From NCBI GenBank assembly GCA_046300055.1, contig JBKCMR010000001.1, positions 7,472 to 71,471 on the forward strand: 64,000 bases of DNA, in the 5' to 3' direction. The position numbers were made by a program, and so were the translations under genes. Source of the stretch: Bacteroidota bacterium. Lineage in GTDB: Bacteria; Bacteroidota; Bacteroidia; Chitinophagales; Chitinophagaceae. Positions within the stretch are counted from its first letter, which is position 1, and every line of letters begins with the position of its first letter. The notes under the pieces were generated by a model. It ran no database searches. It was given only the letters and a program-made list of their open reading frames with translations, and was not told the origin of the DNA. Of this stretch, positions 26,433-35,758 are shown in pieces.

Positions 26433-27802
26433 ATCCAAGAAAAAATCAACTCTCCAGCTCTTACCGTGATCCGGCTGGATTTGTCTTCGAAGAAAATGGA
26501 ATCATTTACAGACAAGTAAACCAATGCTACAGGCTACATTATAATCATTTAATAGCATCGGGACTTTATGAAAAATTGACTTCCCAAAAATTACTCATAG
26601 CGCACGAGGAAATTACAGATACGGAAAATAAAGAGGCATATAAAATCCTCAAACCGGATCGAATACCTTTTATCAGTCAACCCGAAAATTGGTGCCATTC
26701 TCAACTCCGCGACGCAGCCATCCTCACGCTGAAGATTCAGAAAATTTCCCTGCAATATGGGATGGCATTAAAAGATGCTACGCCGAAAAATATACAATTT
26801 ATTGGCTGCCGACCCGTTTTCATCGACACCCTATCCTTTGAAAAAATAGTTACACAGAAACCCTGGGTCGCTTACAGGCAGTTTTGTGAATCATTTTTGG
26901 CACCCTTGGCAATTAGCCATTATACTACTATTCCAACCAATAGAATTTTACTAGGCTGGCCAGCGGGAATCGGATTAAGAACAACCAGAAAATTACTCCC
27001 CCTCAATTCCTATTTAAATATTGATATCACCCTGAATATTCATTTGCAATCTGCGATCATCAGGGATGGACAGCGCCAACAAAAAAAACAGCTCACTTTC
27101 AGTGAGAAAAAACATATTGATCTGATTTCAAGTCTCCAGCGTGCCGTTGAAACTTGTAAAGTAGCCAACAAAAGTGAACACTGGGCCCATTACTATGAGG
27201 AAGTAGCCACAAGAGCAAATTATATGGAGGAAAAAGAACGAATTATCCGCTCTTGGATGGAAGAATTTCCAATGTTCAAAACCGGATTAGACCTGGGCTC
27301 CAATACCGGACACTTTACCAAAATACTGGCGGAAAAATGTTCGTTTACGATTGCCGTAGATAACAGTGAAGCCTCTATTGAAGGGTTATTCAGTGAAGTA
27401 AAAGGGGATTCATTCAACTATCATGAACATATATTACCCCTCGTACTTGATCTCTCCAATACAAACTTTACCGATAGTCCCCCCTCATCCGGAATTCTCT
27501 CGTCAGGCCCCTACGAAATCGTACTGGCATTAGCGATCATTCATCACTTAATCATCCGAAACAACATACCATCAGAGTACTGTATTGAACGGTTAAGTAA
27601 ATTGACTAAGAACATACTTTTATTGGAATTCATTCCGGCAGACGATCCGCTAGCTTTACAAATGCGAGAAGATAAAGATCATGTCTATCATGAATATGAA
27701 CAAATCACGACCGAAAAGCATATGGAGAGATTTTTCCACATAGAAGAGCGCATTGAAATAGGTTCGTCGGGACGATTCATGTATCGACTAAGAAAAAAAT
27801 AG
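26429..27802 (+). CDS. two-domain protein: N-terminal protein-kinase-like (APH/WaaP/WbdD-like) domain + C-terminal class I SAM methyltransferase
   Basis: 457 aa. D116-x4-N121 (LKDATPKNIQF) followed 12 residues later by D133 (FIDTLSFE) mimics the kinase catalytic loop and the metal-binding Asp. The C-terminal half has MT motif I LDLGSNTGHF, then IAVDNS and LALAIIHHL. Confidence 0.65.
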   Translation: MNPRKNQLSSSYRDPAGFVFEENGIIYRQVNQCYRLHYNHLIASGLYEKLTSQKLLIAHEEITDTENKEAYKILKPDRIPFISQPENWCHSQLRDAAILTLKIQKISLQYGMALKDATPKNIQFIGCRPVFIDTLSFEKIVTQKPWVAYRQFCESFLAPLAISHYTTIPTNRILLGWPAGIGLRTTRKLLPLNSYLNIDITLNIHLQSAIIRDGQRQQKKQLTFSEKKHIDLISSLQRAVETCKVANKSEHWAHYYEEVATRANYMEEKERIIRSWMEEFPMFKTGLDLGSNTGHFTKILAEKCSFTIAVDNSEASIEGLFSEVKGDSFNYHEHILPLVLDLSNTNFTDSPPSSGILSSGPYEIVLALAIIHHLIIRNNIPSEYCIERLSKLTKNILLLEFIPADDPLALQMREDKDHVYHEYEQITTEKHMERFFHIEERIEIGSSGRFMYRLRKK

Positions 27803-27803
27803 T

Positions 27804-29255
27804 ATGCGTAAGATTGCAGCCTGGCCCCTTCTTCTACTACCACTATTCTTTGTAATCCATGGCTTCGTTGAATTCTACCCGATCATTCCACTCCCTGAGG
27901 CTATTCTACTTTATTTCATTTACGTTGGTTATGGACTATTTGCCGCTCTAATCAGTCGCGCTTTTTATCAGAACTGGAAGCAGGCTTTTATTTTGGGATT
28001 TTACATTTTGTTCATTGAGTTGTTTTTTGGCGCCATCCAGGACACATTAAAAGCAACATTTCCTTTTTCTGCAATCAACAAATATTCATATCTACTGCCT
28101 TTGATCTTTATTCTCTTACTGCTTATCGGCTATTCGATTCGAAAAGGAGCCCTTTCGCAACTGAGATATCTGTACTTCTTATGCACCACACTGATACTGC
28201 TGACTATAGTCGACCTGGGTATATTTATTGCCAACGGCAGTCCAAGTAAAATCCGCAACCCCCTTTTGGAAAACACACGAATTGGAAACAATCAGCCTGA
28301 TCAGTTAACAGATATTTACTTGGTCATTGCTGACGAATATCCAGGAAATATAACCTTAAAGAAGTTCTTTAATTTCGCTAACGACTCGTTTCTCAACCAG
28401 CTCCGTGGTCGGGGATTTTATATCGCTGACAGTGCCGTCAGTAATTACAATTTCACCGAATTCTCTACTGCGAGCCTGTTCAATATGAACTATCTCCGAA
28501 AAATCGTAGGCAGAAATGCAAGCCTTAATCACCTGAGCTATTGTTTTCAGACGATACAAGAAAACCCATTCAATACCTATTTACAGCAAAAGGGTTATCA
28601 ATTTAAGAATCATTCAATTTTTGATTTCTATGGAGCACCCTCGCCAGTAAAGCCTTATCTGCTGCCAGGGAAGACCAAGCCCTTGACCGAGCAAACATTG
28701 ACCAGAAGAGTGATCCGAGATATCGGCTATCACGTATTTACCGACTTTGAGTGGGCTGCTGATTATTTTGATCTGGATGAGATCAATCGAAAAAATAACG
28801 AATACCTCTACCAAGAAACAATACAGACAACTAAGACTGACGTATCCAGTTTCCACTATACACATTTGATCATGCCACATGCTCCTTACTATTACAATAG
28901 GTCAGGGGAGTTAAGACCAAAGGCAGAATGGATCAAAAAAGACACGGCCATTTATCTGGAATATTTAGATTACACCAACCGACAATTACTCAAACTAGTC
29001 GACAGCATTCAGAGGAGATCCGATAAAAAAGCAGCTATTCTGCTGATAGGAGATCATGCTATCCGGACAAATCCGATTGAGTTACCGATCCCCTACCATT
29101 TTCAAACGTTGACCAGCATTTATCTTCCAAAACAGCAATACAGTCATTTCTACCCATCGATCTCGCATGTTAATCTATTGCGAGCCACTGTCAACTCTCT
29201 ATTCGGTGAAAAAATGAAATACTTGAAAGACTCGACGATCTATTTGCAAGAATAG
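27804..29255 (+). CDS. polytopic membrane alkaline-phosphatase-superfamily (sulfatase/LtaS/EptA-like) transferase
   Basis: 483 aa. About 5 N-terminal TM helices, then YLVIADEY, NFTEFSTASLF, HLIMPHAPYYY and LLIGDHA, which resemble sulfatase-family metal and nucleophile motifs. It starts 1 nt after the upstream stop. Confidence 0.65.
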   Translation: MRKIAAWPLLLLPLFFVIHGFVEFYPIIPLPEAILLYFIYVGYGLFAALISRAFYQNWKQAFILGFYILFIELFFGAIQDTLKATFPFSAINKYSYLLPLIFILLLLIGYSIRKGALSQLRYLYFLCTTLILLTIVDLGIFIANGSPSKIRNPLLENTRIGNNQPDQLTDIYLVIADEYPGNITLKKFFNFANDSFLNQLRGRGFYIADSAVSNYNFTEFSTASLFNMNYLRKIVGRNASLNHLSYCFQTIQENPFNTYLQQKGYQFKNHSIFDFYGAPSPVKPYLLPGKTKPLTEQTLTRRVIRDIGYHVFTDFEWAADYFDLDEINRKNNEYLYQETIQTTKTDVSSFHYTHLIMPHAPYYYNRSGELRPKAEWIKKDTAIYLEYLDYTNRQLLKLVDSIQRRSDKKAAILLIGDHAIRTNPIELPIPYHFQTLTSIYLPKQQYSHFYPSISHVNLLRATVNSLFGEKMKYLKDSTIYLQE

Positions 29256-29260
29256 CCTGG

Positions 29261-30364
29261 TCATCTCTTCCAGCCCTTCGAGGGCTTCTTTAACGAGAAC
29301 TCCATAGACGCTTGACTCATTGCCTGTCCTGACTGATAGTGTGCCCGACTAAAGGCAAGCCGCACTGGGTCAAATTGAGCCCTGAACCCATAAGAAAATC
29401 CGCTTAATCCATTGGCACCACCAGCCCAACTCAATTCACGCCGACGAAGAAAATTATACCCCCCCATGAAATGAACACGGGGATGCACCTCCACTCGAGT
29501 TGATAAGATCAAGTGGTTGAAAAACTGTCCTATAAATGTTGAGCGCCTGTCATCCATACCGATCACAGAAAATGCCGGATCAAATAACGCGTCAGCGTCC
29601 AAATCCCATCGCTGCATGCGCTGAATCGTGCACCCGATGGAAAAGGGTGATCCGATCAATTTCTTCCAAACGCCAATAGCCAGTTCAACAGGCAATACAG
29701 ACGGATCATTGCTAGTAAAACGACGAATAAAAAAACCTGTATATCGCAGGACGGCACCCCCATGCCATCCGCTTAGTGTATCTCGGTATCGGATGCCAAT
29801 ATTTGAAAGCAGCGCATCGGCTCGATACGTATCATAGGAAGCATGTGCAAATTGCAATGAGACCCCTCCAGCCCACCGCTGCTTGTAAGGCATAGAGGCG
29901 GCCAACTGCACCGTCCACTCACGTGGGCGAAACCTACCCAACACATTCCCACCTGCATCGGCTGAAGAAACTTCACCATGATCAACGTACTGAATAGATA
30001 AAGCGGTGACGACCGAAGATGTTTTACTGCGGTTTGACCCCGAAAGAAAATAGTTTTTAGCTCCTCCTGGCAAATTCAAAAAAGAGGCCTGAATGCGAGC
30101 ATGGTTGACCGCTGTTAACAACGCAGGATTTTGGAATGAAAGTGAAAGATCAGATTCATCCTGCGCTACAACCAACCCGCCTTGTGCATTGGAAACAGCT
30201 CCGGCAGGAAGCCGTAGGAAGTTAAACGAGGCAGCACCACCCAATAGTTGAGCCTCGGCGACAAGCTGCAACAGGATCAATCCCCCGCAAAGAAGTGGCG
30301 TACGCACATCCGAAAATATAACAACTGAGTCAGTTATCGAAGGGGCAACCCGGGAATGGCCCAT
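29261..30364 (-). CDS. porQ: type IX secretion system protein PorQ-like outer-membrane beta-barrel
   Basis: The N-terminal mature region GGAASFNFLRLPAGAVSNAQGG...FQNPALL resembles the PorQ family signature. The start is ambiguous: ATG 30364 overlaps lon by 31 nt, while GTG 30307 gives a cleaner signal peptide. Confidence 0.55.
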   Translation of the reverse strand: MGHSRVAPSITDSVVIFSDVRTPLLCGGLILLQLVAEAQLLGGAASFNFLRLPAGAVSNAQGGLVVAQDESDLSLSFQNPALLTAVNHARIQASFLNLPGGAKNYFLSGSNRSKTSSVVTALSIQYVDHGEVSSADAGGNVLGRFRPREWTVQLAASMPYKQRWAGGVSLQFAHASYDTYRADALLSNIGIRYRDTLSGWHGGAVLRYTGFFIRRFTSNDPSVLPVELAIGVWKKLIGSPFSIGCTIQRMQRWDLDADALFDPAFSVIGMDDRRSTFIGQFFNHLILSTRVEVHPRVHFMGGYNFLRRRELSWAGGANGLSGFSYGFRAQFDPVRLAFSRAHYQSGQAMSQASMEFSLKKPSKGWKR

Positions 30365-32736
30365 TCCAACACCTGGTTCATGTTTTTGACATAGTGAAAC
30401 TCCAGTCCCTTTATGTATGCGGGCTCGATCTCAGCTACATCCTTCTCGTTTTGTGCACAGAGTATGATTTCGCGCAACCCTGCACGTTTAGCTGCTAATA
30501 CTTTTTCCTGAATACCGCCAACTGGCAGTACTTGCCCGCGCAAGGTAATCTCACCGGTCATGGCGAGATAGGGCTTTACCTTTTTACCACTAAAGGCTGA
30601 TGCCATAGCGGTCAACATGGTTACACCCGCACTTGGACCATCCTTCGGCACCGCTCCTTCCGGAACGTGAATATGAACATTCTTCTTCTCAAACAGTGAA
30701 GGATCGATTCCGAATTTGCGCGCATTTACCTGCAGATACGTATAGGCCGTGCTGGCACTTTCCTTCATCACCTGACCAAGATTGCCGGTCAGCTTCATCT
30801 CCCCTTTTCCGTCACTGAGACTGGTCTCCAGAAACAAAATATCTCCTCCCACATAGGTCCATGCCAATCCGACTGCCACCCCGGGGATCAAGGCCGTTTT
30901 GTACAAATCATTTGAATAACGTGGCTTACCCAGGATTTTTTCGACATCCTCCGCCCCCAGTGAACGCTTCACCTTTCCGGTCAACGCCATTTCCATAGCC
31001 TGGTTCCGCATGATGGATGCCAATTGCCTGTCCAATTCGCGAACACCACTTTCGCGGGTATAGTCCTGAATCAAACGCTCCAATACCTTATCCGAAAGCT
31101 GAATCGAAGCCTTACTAAGACCATGCTGCTCTTTTTGCTTCGGCACCAGGTGACGTTTGGCAATTTGAACTTTTTCCTCCAGCGCATATCCACTCAGATC
31201 GATGATCTCTAATCGATCGCGCAGCGCCGGCTGGATGTGCTGAATATCATTTGCCGTGGCAATAAACAGAACTTTACTCAAATCATATTCAGCCTCAAGG
31301 TAATTGTCGTAGAAACTATGGTTCTGCTCCGGGTCCAACACTTCCAATAAGGCTGATGAAGGGTCGGTTCGAACGTCTCGACCCACTTTGTCGATCTCAT
31401 CCAGGATCATGACCGGATTCGATGAATTCACCTTCCTGATCGATTGAAGGATACGGCCCGGCATGGCACCGATATAAGTCTTTCGATGCCCACGGATCTC
31501 ACTCTCATCATGCAATCCACCTAAACTCAATCGGACGTATTTCCGGCCAAGGGCCTGTGCGATACTCTTTCCCAACGATGTTTTACCAATACCCGGAGGG
31601 CCCAAAAAGCAAAGGATCGGACTTTTCATATCTCCCTTCAATTTCAGAACAGCCAGGTACTCCAAGATCCGCTCTTTGATCTTCTTCATTCCGTAATGAT
31701 CCCGATCCAATGTCACTCGCGCCTCCTTAAGATCATAGTTGTCATCGGTACATTCCCCCCAAGGAAGATCCAACATGAGATCAAGGTGATTATATACAAC
31801 CGAATAATCCGGCGTACTGGAGTGCATACGCTCCAGCTTCTCCATCCCTTTTTGAAAAAGTTCTTTGGCAGCAGCGGGCCATTTTTTTTGCTCTGCCTTT
31901 TTTTGCATCTCCTTCAGCTCTTGTTGGTTGCTGTCGCCGCCCAACTCCTCGCGAATACTTTTTAGCTGCTGCTGCAGAAAATATTCGCGTTGCTGTTTAT
32001 CGATCTCCGTGCGGGTCTTATTGGTGACCTTATTCTTCAACTCTGCAAACTGCAACTCACGCTGAAGAAATTGCATCAGCAGATCGGCACGCTGACGAAC
32101 GTCGTCAAGCTCCAGTAACTTCTGCTTCTCCGATAATTCAACACTGAGATTACTGGAAACAAAATGAATCAGGAAAACCGGGTTCTCGATGTTTTTCAGG
32201 ATGATGCCCGCCTCCGTTGGGATATTGGGAGAGAGTTGAATGATCTCGGATGCCAACTCCTTGATGTTGGCCACATAGGCCTGAAAATCCTCATCTGCCG
32301 GAGCTTCCTGTTCAACCAGCTTCTCCACCCTGGCTTTGAAATACGGCTCTGATGCCGTGATCTCCTGGATCTTGAATCGCGTCTTTCCCTGAATGATGAT
32401 GGTGGTTCCCCCATCCGGCATTTTGATCTGTTTGACAATGCGGGCTACTGTACCGACAGCGCTGAGATCCCCGACTTGTGGGTCTTCAACTTGACTGTCC
32501 TGCTGGGCAACCACCCCGATCAGCTTATCTGATTTATACGCATCCGTTACCGCCTTTATGCTCTTATCACGGCCCACGGTGATGGGTAATACCACCCCCG
32601 GGAAAAGAACCGTGTTTCGAAGCGGTAATAAAGGCAGCTCCTCGGGTAATACCAAGTTCGCAATCTCGTCCTGATCACCCTCATGCAGCGGGATGATGGG
32701 TAAAAAATCCATTTCTTCTTCCGGGCGCAAAATCAT
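30334..32736 (-). CDS. lon: ATP-dependent Lon protease (endopeptidase La)
   Basis: 800 aa. Walker A GPPGIGKTS and catalytic PKDGPSAG. N-terminal LON substrate-binding domain. Confidence 0.95.
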   Translation of the reverse strand: MILRPEEEMDFLPIIPLHEGDQDEIANLVLPEELPLLPLRNTVLFPGVVLPITVGRDKSIKAVTDAYKSDKLIGVVAQQDSQVEDPQVGDLSAVGTVARIVKQIKMPDGGTTIIIQGKTRFKIQEITASEPYFKARVEKLVEQEAPADEDFQAYVANIKELASEIIQLSPNIPTEAGIILKNIENPVFLIHFVSSNLSVELSEKQKLLELDDVRQRADLLMQFLQRELQFAELKNKVTNKTRTEIDKQQREYFLQQQLKSIREELGGDSNQQELKEMQKKAEQKKWPAAAKELFQKGMEKLERMHSSTPDYSVVYNHLDLMLDLPWGECTDDNYDLKEARVTLDRDHYGMKKIKERILEYLAVLKLKGDMKSPILCFLGPPGIGKTSLGKSIAQALGRKYVRLSLGGLHDESEIRGHRKTYIGAMPGRILQSIRKVNSSNPVMILDEIDKVGRDVRTDPSSALLEVLDPEQNHSFYDNYLEAEYDLSKVLFIATANDIQHIQPALRDRLEIIDLSGYALEEKVQIAKRHLVPKQKEQHGLSKASIQLSDKVLERLIQDYTRESGVRELDRQLASIMRNQAMEMALTGKVKRSLGAEDVEKILGKPRYSNDLYKTALIPGVAVGLAWTYVGGDILFLETSLSDGKGEMKLTGNLGQVMKESASTAYTYLQVNARKFGIDPSLFEKKNVHIHVPEGAVPKDGPSAGVTMLTAMASAFSGKKVKPYLAMTGEITLRGQVLPVGGIQEKVLAAKRAGLREIILCAQNEKDVAEIEPAYIKGLEFHYVKNMNQVLEWAIPGLPLR

Positions 32737-32771
32737 GTCTATCAGATTATTAAAAGAATACAGAAGGGGCT

Positions 32772-32823
32772 AAATATAAAATCCCCGCTCCGTATGTCCA
32801 ATTCTTGTACCAACGGGGCGGGG
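32772..32823 (-). terminator. hairpin terminator for the porin-family gene
   Basis: ccccgctccgt (32783-93) pairs with acggggcgggg (32813-23), one G-U pair. On the minus strand it is followed by ATTTTATATTT. Confidence 0.45.
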
Positions 32824-32902
32824 ACTGACAGAAAGGCTTGTTAGTTCAACATTCAGGGTTCGGGGTTCAGCCCTTCTGTTCAACTAAACGTTGAGCGCTG
32901 AA

Positions 32903-33490
32903 CTACAACAAGGCTAGCCCTGCAGAAAGTTGAAATCCCTGACTTTTCCATTTATTCCCATCAGAAAGATCACTGATGTTGTTCAAGCCGATCACATAGC
33001 GTCCATTTACCCGCAATGGCCCCAGTTTGATCTGCACGCCACCCAACATCGAAAAGTCTCCTTTCTTAAAGGCATCTCCCCCATTTTGTAACAAACTGCG
33101 ATTCTGATCGATCAGGATACCAAATTGAGGACCTGCTTGGAGGGTAATGAACTTGCCGACAAGCTTATAATTCAATAAAATGGGAATCGAAATGTAATTC
33201 AGCTTCACATTAGTAAGCCCATTTTGGAATACATTGATGGCATTGGTGTAACTGCTGTCTACCCGGAGTGTGTTCTGATTATACAGCACCTCTGGTTGCA
33301 GACCGAATTTCTTGCCCAGGCCGATCGCTGCAAACCCGCCCAAATGATACCCGTACTTGAACTCATCCGTAAATGACACCCCATCGATCTTATTCACGTT
33401 GATCCCGCCTTTGATGCCAAGATCGAACTGTGCTGATGCTACAGATGTAATCAATAAAAATGCAATCAGGAAAATGTTTTTTACGCGCAT
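32903..33490 (-). CDS. porin-family outer-membrane beta-barrel protein
   Basis: 195 aa. Signal peptide, alternating hydrophobic beta-strands and a C-terminal aromatic-rich strand. Confidence 0.7.
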   Translation of the reverse strand: MRVKNIFLIAFLLITSVASAQFDLGIKGGINVNKIDGVSFTDEFKYGYHLGGFAAIGLGKKFGLQPEVLYNQNTLRVDSSYTNAINVFQNGLTNVKLNYISIPILLNYKLVGKFITLQAGPQFGILIDQNRSLLQNGGDAFKKGDFSMLGGVQIKLGPLRVNGRYVIGLNNISDLSDGNKWKSQGFQLSAGLALL

Positions 33491-33524
33491 AATCTTAGGT
33501 TTTAGTGTTAAACGGATAACGAAT

Positions 33525-33532
33525 CAAAACTA
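33525..33532 (-). promoter_or_regulatory. -7 promoter box (TAGTTTTG on the minus strand) for the porin-family gene
   Basis: Perfect TAnnTTTG match, 34 nt upstream of the ATG at 33490. Confidence 0.4.
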
Positions 33533-33575
33533 GTAATCTTACATTTTAAAGGCTGTTAAATTACCTTAACAGGGT

Positions 33576-34853
33576 TCATGCGTGCAGTTCAATAAGTGTA
33601 ATCTCCGGCAATATTCCTACCCGTCCAGGGTAACCCAAAAAGCCAAAGCCCCGGTTGATGTACAAATGTTGTTCGCCTTGCTGATAATGCCCGGCCCATC
33701 GACGGTATACATATTGCACCGGGCTCCAACGCAATCCGGGCAATTCAACCCCGAACTGCATACCGTGGGTATGCCCCGATAAGGTCAGATCGATACTCGG
33801 ATAAGCCGTCGAAACCTCCGTTTCCCAATGGGAGGGGTCGTGACTTAACAAGATCTGAAAATCTGCTGCTGCTACCCCCTGGCTGGCAAGCGCCAAGTCT
33901 CCGTACTTTTTGAAGTTTGCGCGAGAAGACCAATTCTCCACCCCGATCAAAACGATCCGATCTTCCTCTTTTTCAATATGAACATGTTCGTTCAGTAAAA
34001 GCCGCCAGCCCATCTTCGAATGAATAGACTTCAATCGATCTAGGTTTGATTTCTTTAATTCAGCTGTTTCCCAACCAACATAATCTCCGTAATCATGATT
34101 CCCTAGAATGGAATACACCCCTAAGGGAGCACTCAGCCGGGAGAATAATTTCTCATACCCCTCCATCTCACTAGCCAAATTATTTACTAGATCTCCGGTA
34201 AAAAAAATCAGATCAGGCTTTAAGGCCATCGCCTTTTCAATTCCTCTTTCCACTGCAGCCGGATCATCAAAACTACCTGCATGAATATCCGAGAGCTGTA
34301 CGATCCGAAGGCCCTCGAATGCCTTCGGTAGCTTGGGTGATCGGATGCGCTGCCGACGAACTTCGTACCGGTATTTATTCCCGAATCCGTAGACCAAACT
34401 TCCCAACAGTCCGGTACCTGTCACAACACCCATCCAACTCAAAAAAACAGAACGGCTTACCCCGGAATCGATCGTTGTAGTGGGTACTGCGAGGCGATAG
34501 GCTTCGATCCCACCCCATTGAAGAAACCTCCGCAGATCATCGACCAGGAAAAACAAGGCTGCCACCCCCCTCGCTAAAAACCAGGCCACACCGGCTGCAA
34601 ACACCGTCATCCCGACGGGTTTCCACCATCCTGATTGAACCATTTTGGGGACAAAGAAAAAAAACACCAAGGTCCCAAGACTGAGTAACAGATAGCCAGC
34701 TTGCACCCACCCGGCCCGTCGAAAACCAGCATTCACTAGATATACCCGTAACACCCAGAATACATAGAGGTCGATCAGCAGGTAAACGGCCGTAGCAATA
34801 ATCCCGAAGGTGGTGATGCGCATGAAGGACGAAATTAACTCCTCCGATAACAA
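33576..34853 (-). CDS. membrane-anchored metallophosphoesterase
   Basis: N-terminal TM helices. SDIHAG, GDLVN, GNHD and GHTH calcineurin-like motifs. Confidence 0.8.
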   Translation of the reverse strand: MLSEELISSFMRITTFGIIATAVYLLIDLYVFWVLRVYLVNAGFRRAGWVQAGYLLLSLGTLVFFFFVPKMVQSGWWKPVGMTVFAAGVAWFLARGVAALFFLVDDLRRFLQWGGIEAYRLAVPTTTIDSGVSRSVFLSWMGVVTGTGLLGSLVYGFGNKYRYEVRRQRIRSPKLPKAFEGLRIVQLSDIHAGSFDDPAAVERGIEKAMALKPDLIFFTGDLVNNLASEMEGYEKLFSRLSAPLGVYSILGNHDYGDYVGWETAELKKSNLDRLKSIHSKMGWRLLLNEHVHIEKEEDRIVLIGVENWSSRANFKKYGDLALASQGVAAADFQILLSHDPSHWETEVSTAYPSIDLTLSGHTHGMQFGVELPGLRWSPVQYVYRRWAGHYQQGEQHLYINRGFGFLGYPGRVGILPEITLIELHA

Positions 34854-34942
34854 CCGCTGAACAAGAAGGTTCTGACACGTCTATATAACTGAATTTTGCC
34901 GTATTTTGTAGCCCTTTCACTTTACGATCATCCCTCACAGAC

Positions 34943-35743
34943 ATGGCTAGAATAATCGGTGTAGCGAATCAAAAAGGAGGCGTTGGAAAAACCACCACAG
35001 CCATCAACCTGGCCGCCAGTTTGGCGGTACTGGAGTTCAAAACTCTTTTAGTAGACGGCGACCCCCAGGCGAACAGCACCACTGGTGTAGGGTTCGACTT
35101 GCAGAACATCACACAGAGCCTCTACGACTGCATGGTAAACCAATCCCGCCCCAAGGATGTGATCCTCAAAACCGAGATCCCCAACCTTGACTTGATCCCC
35201 TCACACATCGACTTGGTAGGTGCGGAAATTGAGATGATCAACTATCCGAGCCGAGAAATGGTTTTAAAAACAATGTTGGATTCGCTCCGTTCCGAGTACG
35301 ACTTCATCATCATCGACTGTTCACCCTCACTCGGACTGATCACCGTAAATGCCTTGACCGCAGCAGATTCAGTCGTGATACCCGTACAAGCTGAATTTTT
35401 TGCATTAGAAGGACTCGGGAAATTATTGAATACGATCAAGATCGTTCAGAGCCGACTGAATACAAATCTGGCGATCGAAGGGATCCTGATGACCATGTAC
35501 GATGGCCGATTGCGGCTCTGCAACCAAGTTGTGAGTGAAGTGCGCCGGCATTTTGACGAACTCGTCTTCAATACCATCATTCATCGCAATGCCCGGTTGG
35601 CCGAAGCTCCGTCTGCTGGCAAACCCGTGATCCTGTACGATGGCAATAGCAAAGGATCGGTCAACTACCTGAACCTCGCCAAAGAGATACTACAGAAAAA
35701 TAACATGACCAAGATTAAGAACGAGGATAGAGTGCTGGATTGA
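34943..35743 (+). CDS. parA: chromosome-partitioning ATPase ParA/Soj
   Basis: Deviant Walker [12 protein letters not shown]. 266 aa. Confidence 0.92.
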   Translation: MARIIGVANQKGGVGKTTTAINLAASLAVLEFKTLLVDGDPQANSTTGVGFDLQNITQSLYDCMVNQSRPKDVILKTEIPNLDLIPSHIDLVGAEIEMINYPSREMVLKTMLDSLRSEYDFIIIDCSPSLGLITVNALTAADSVVIPVQAEFFALEGLGKLLNTIKIVQSRLNTNLAIEGILMTMYDGRLRLCNQVVSEVRRHFDELVFNTIIHRNARLAEAPSAGKPVILYDGNSKGSVNYLNLAKEILQKNNMTKIKNEDRVLD

Positions 35744-35758
35744 TAAACTACAATAGCC

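Noticed and set aside
32841-32902. A possible shared repeat family between the 851-919 element and the hairpin region upstream of lon, since both contain GTTGA/TCAAC-type arms.
   Set aside because: The similarity is limited to 5-6-nt words. The arms, spacing and flanks do not align. I see no evidence for a dispersed REP-like family within this window.
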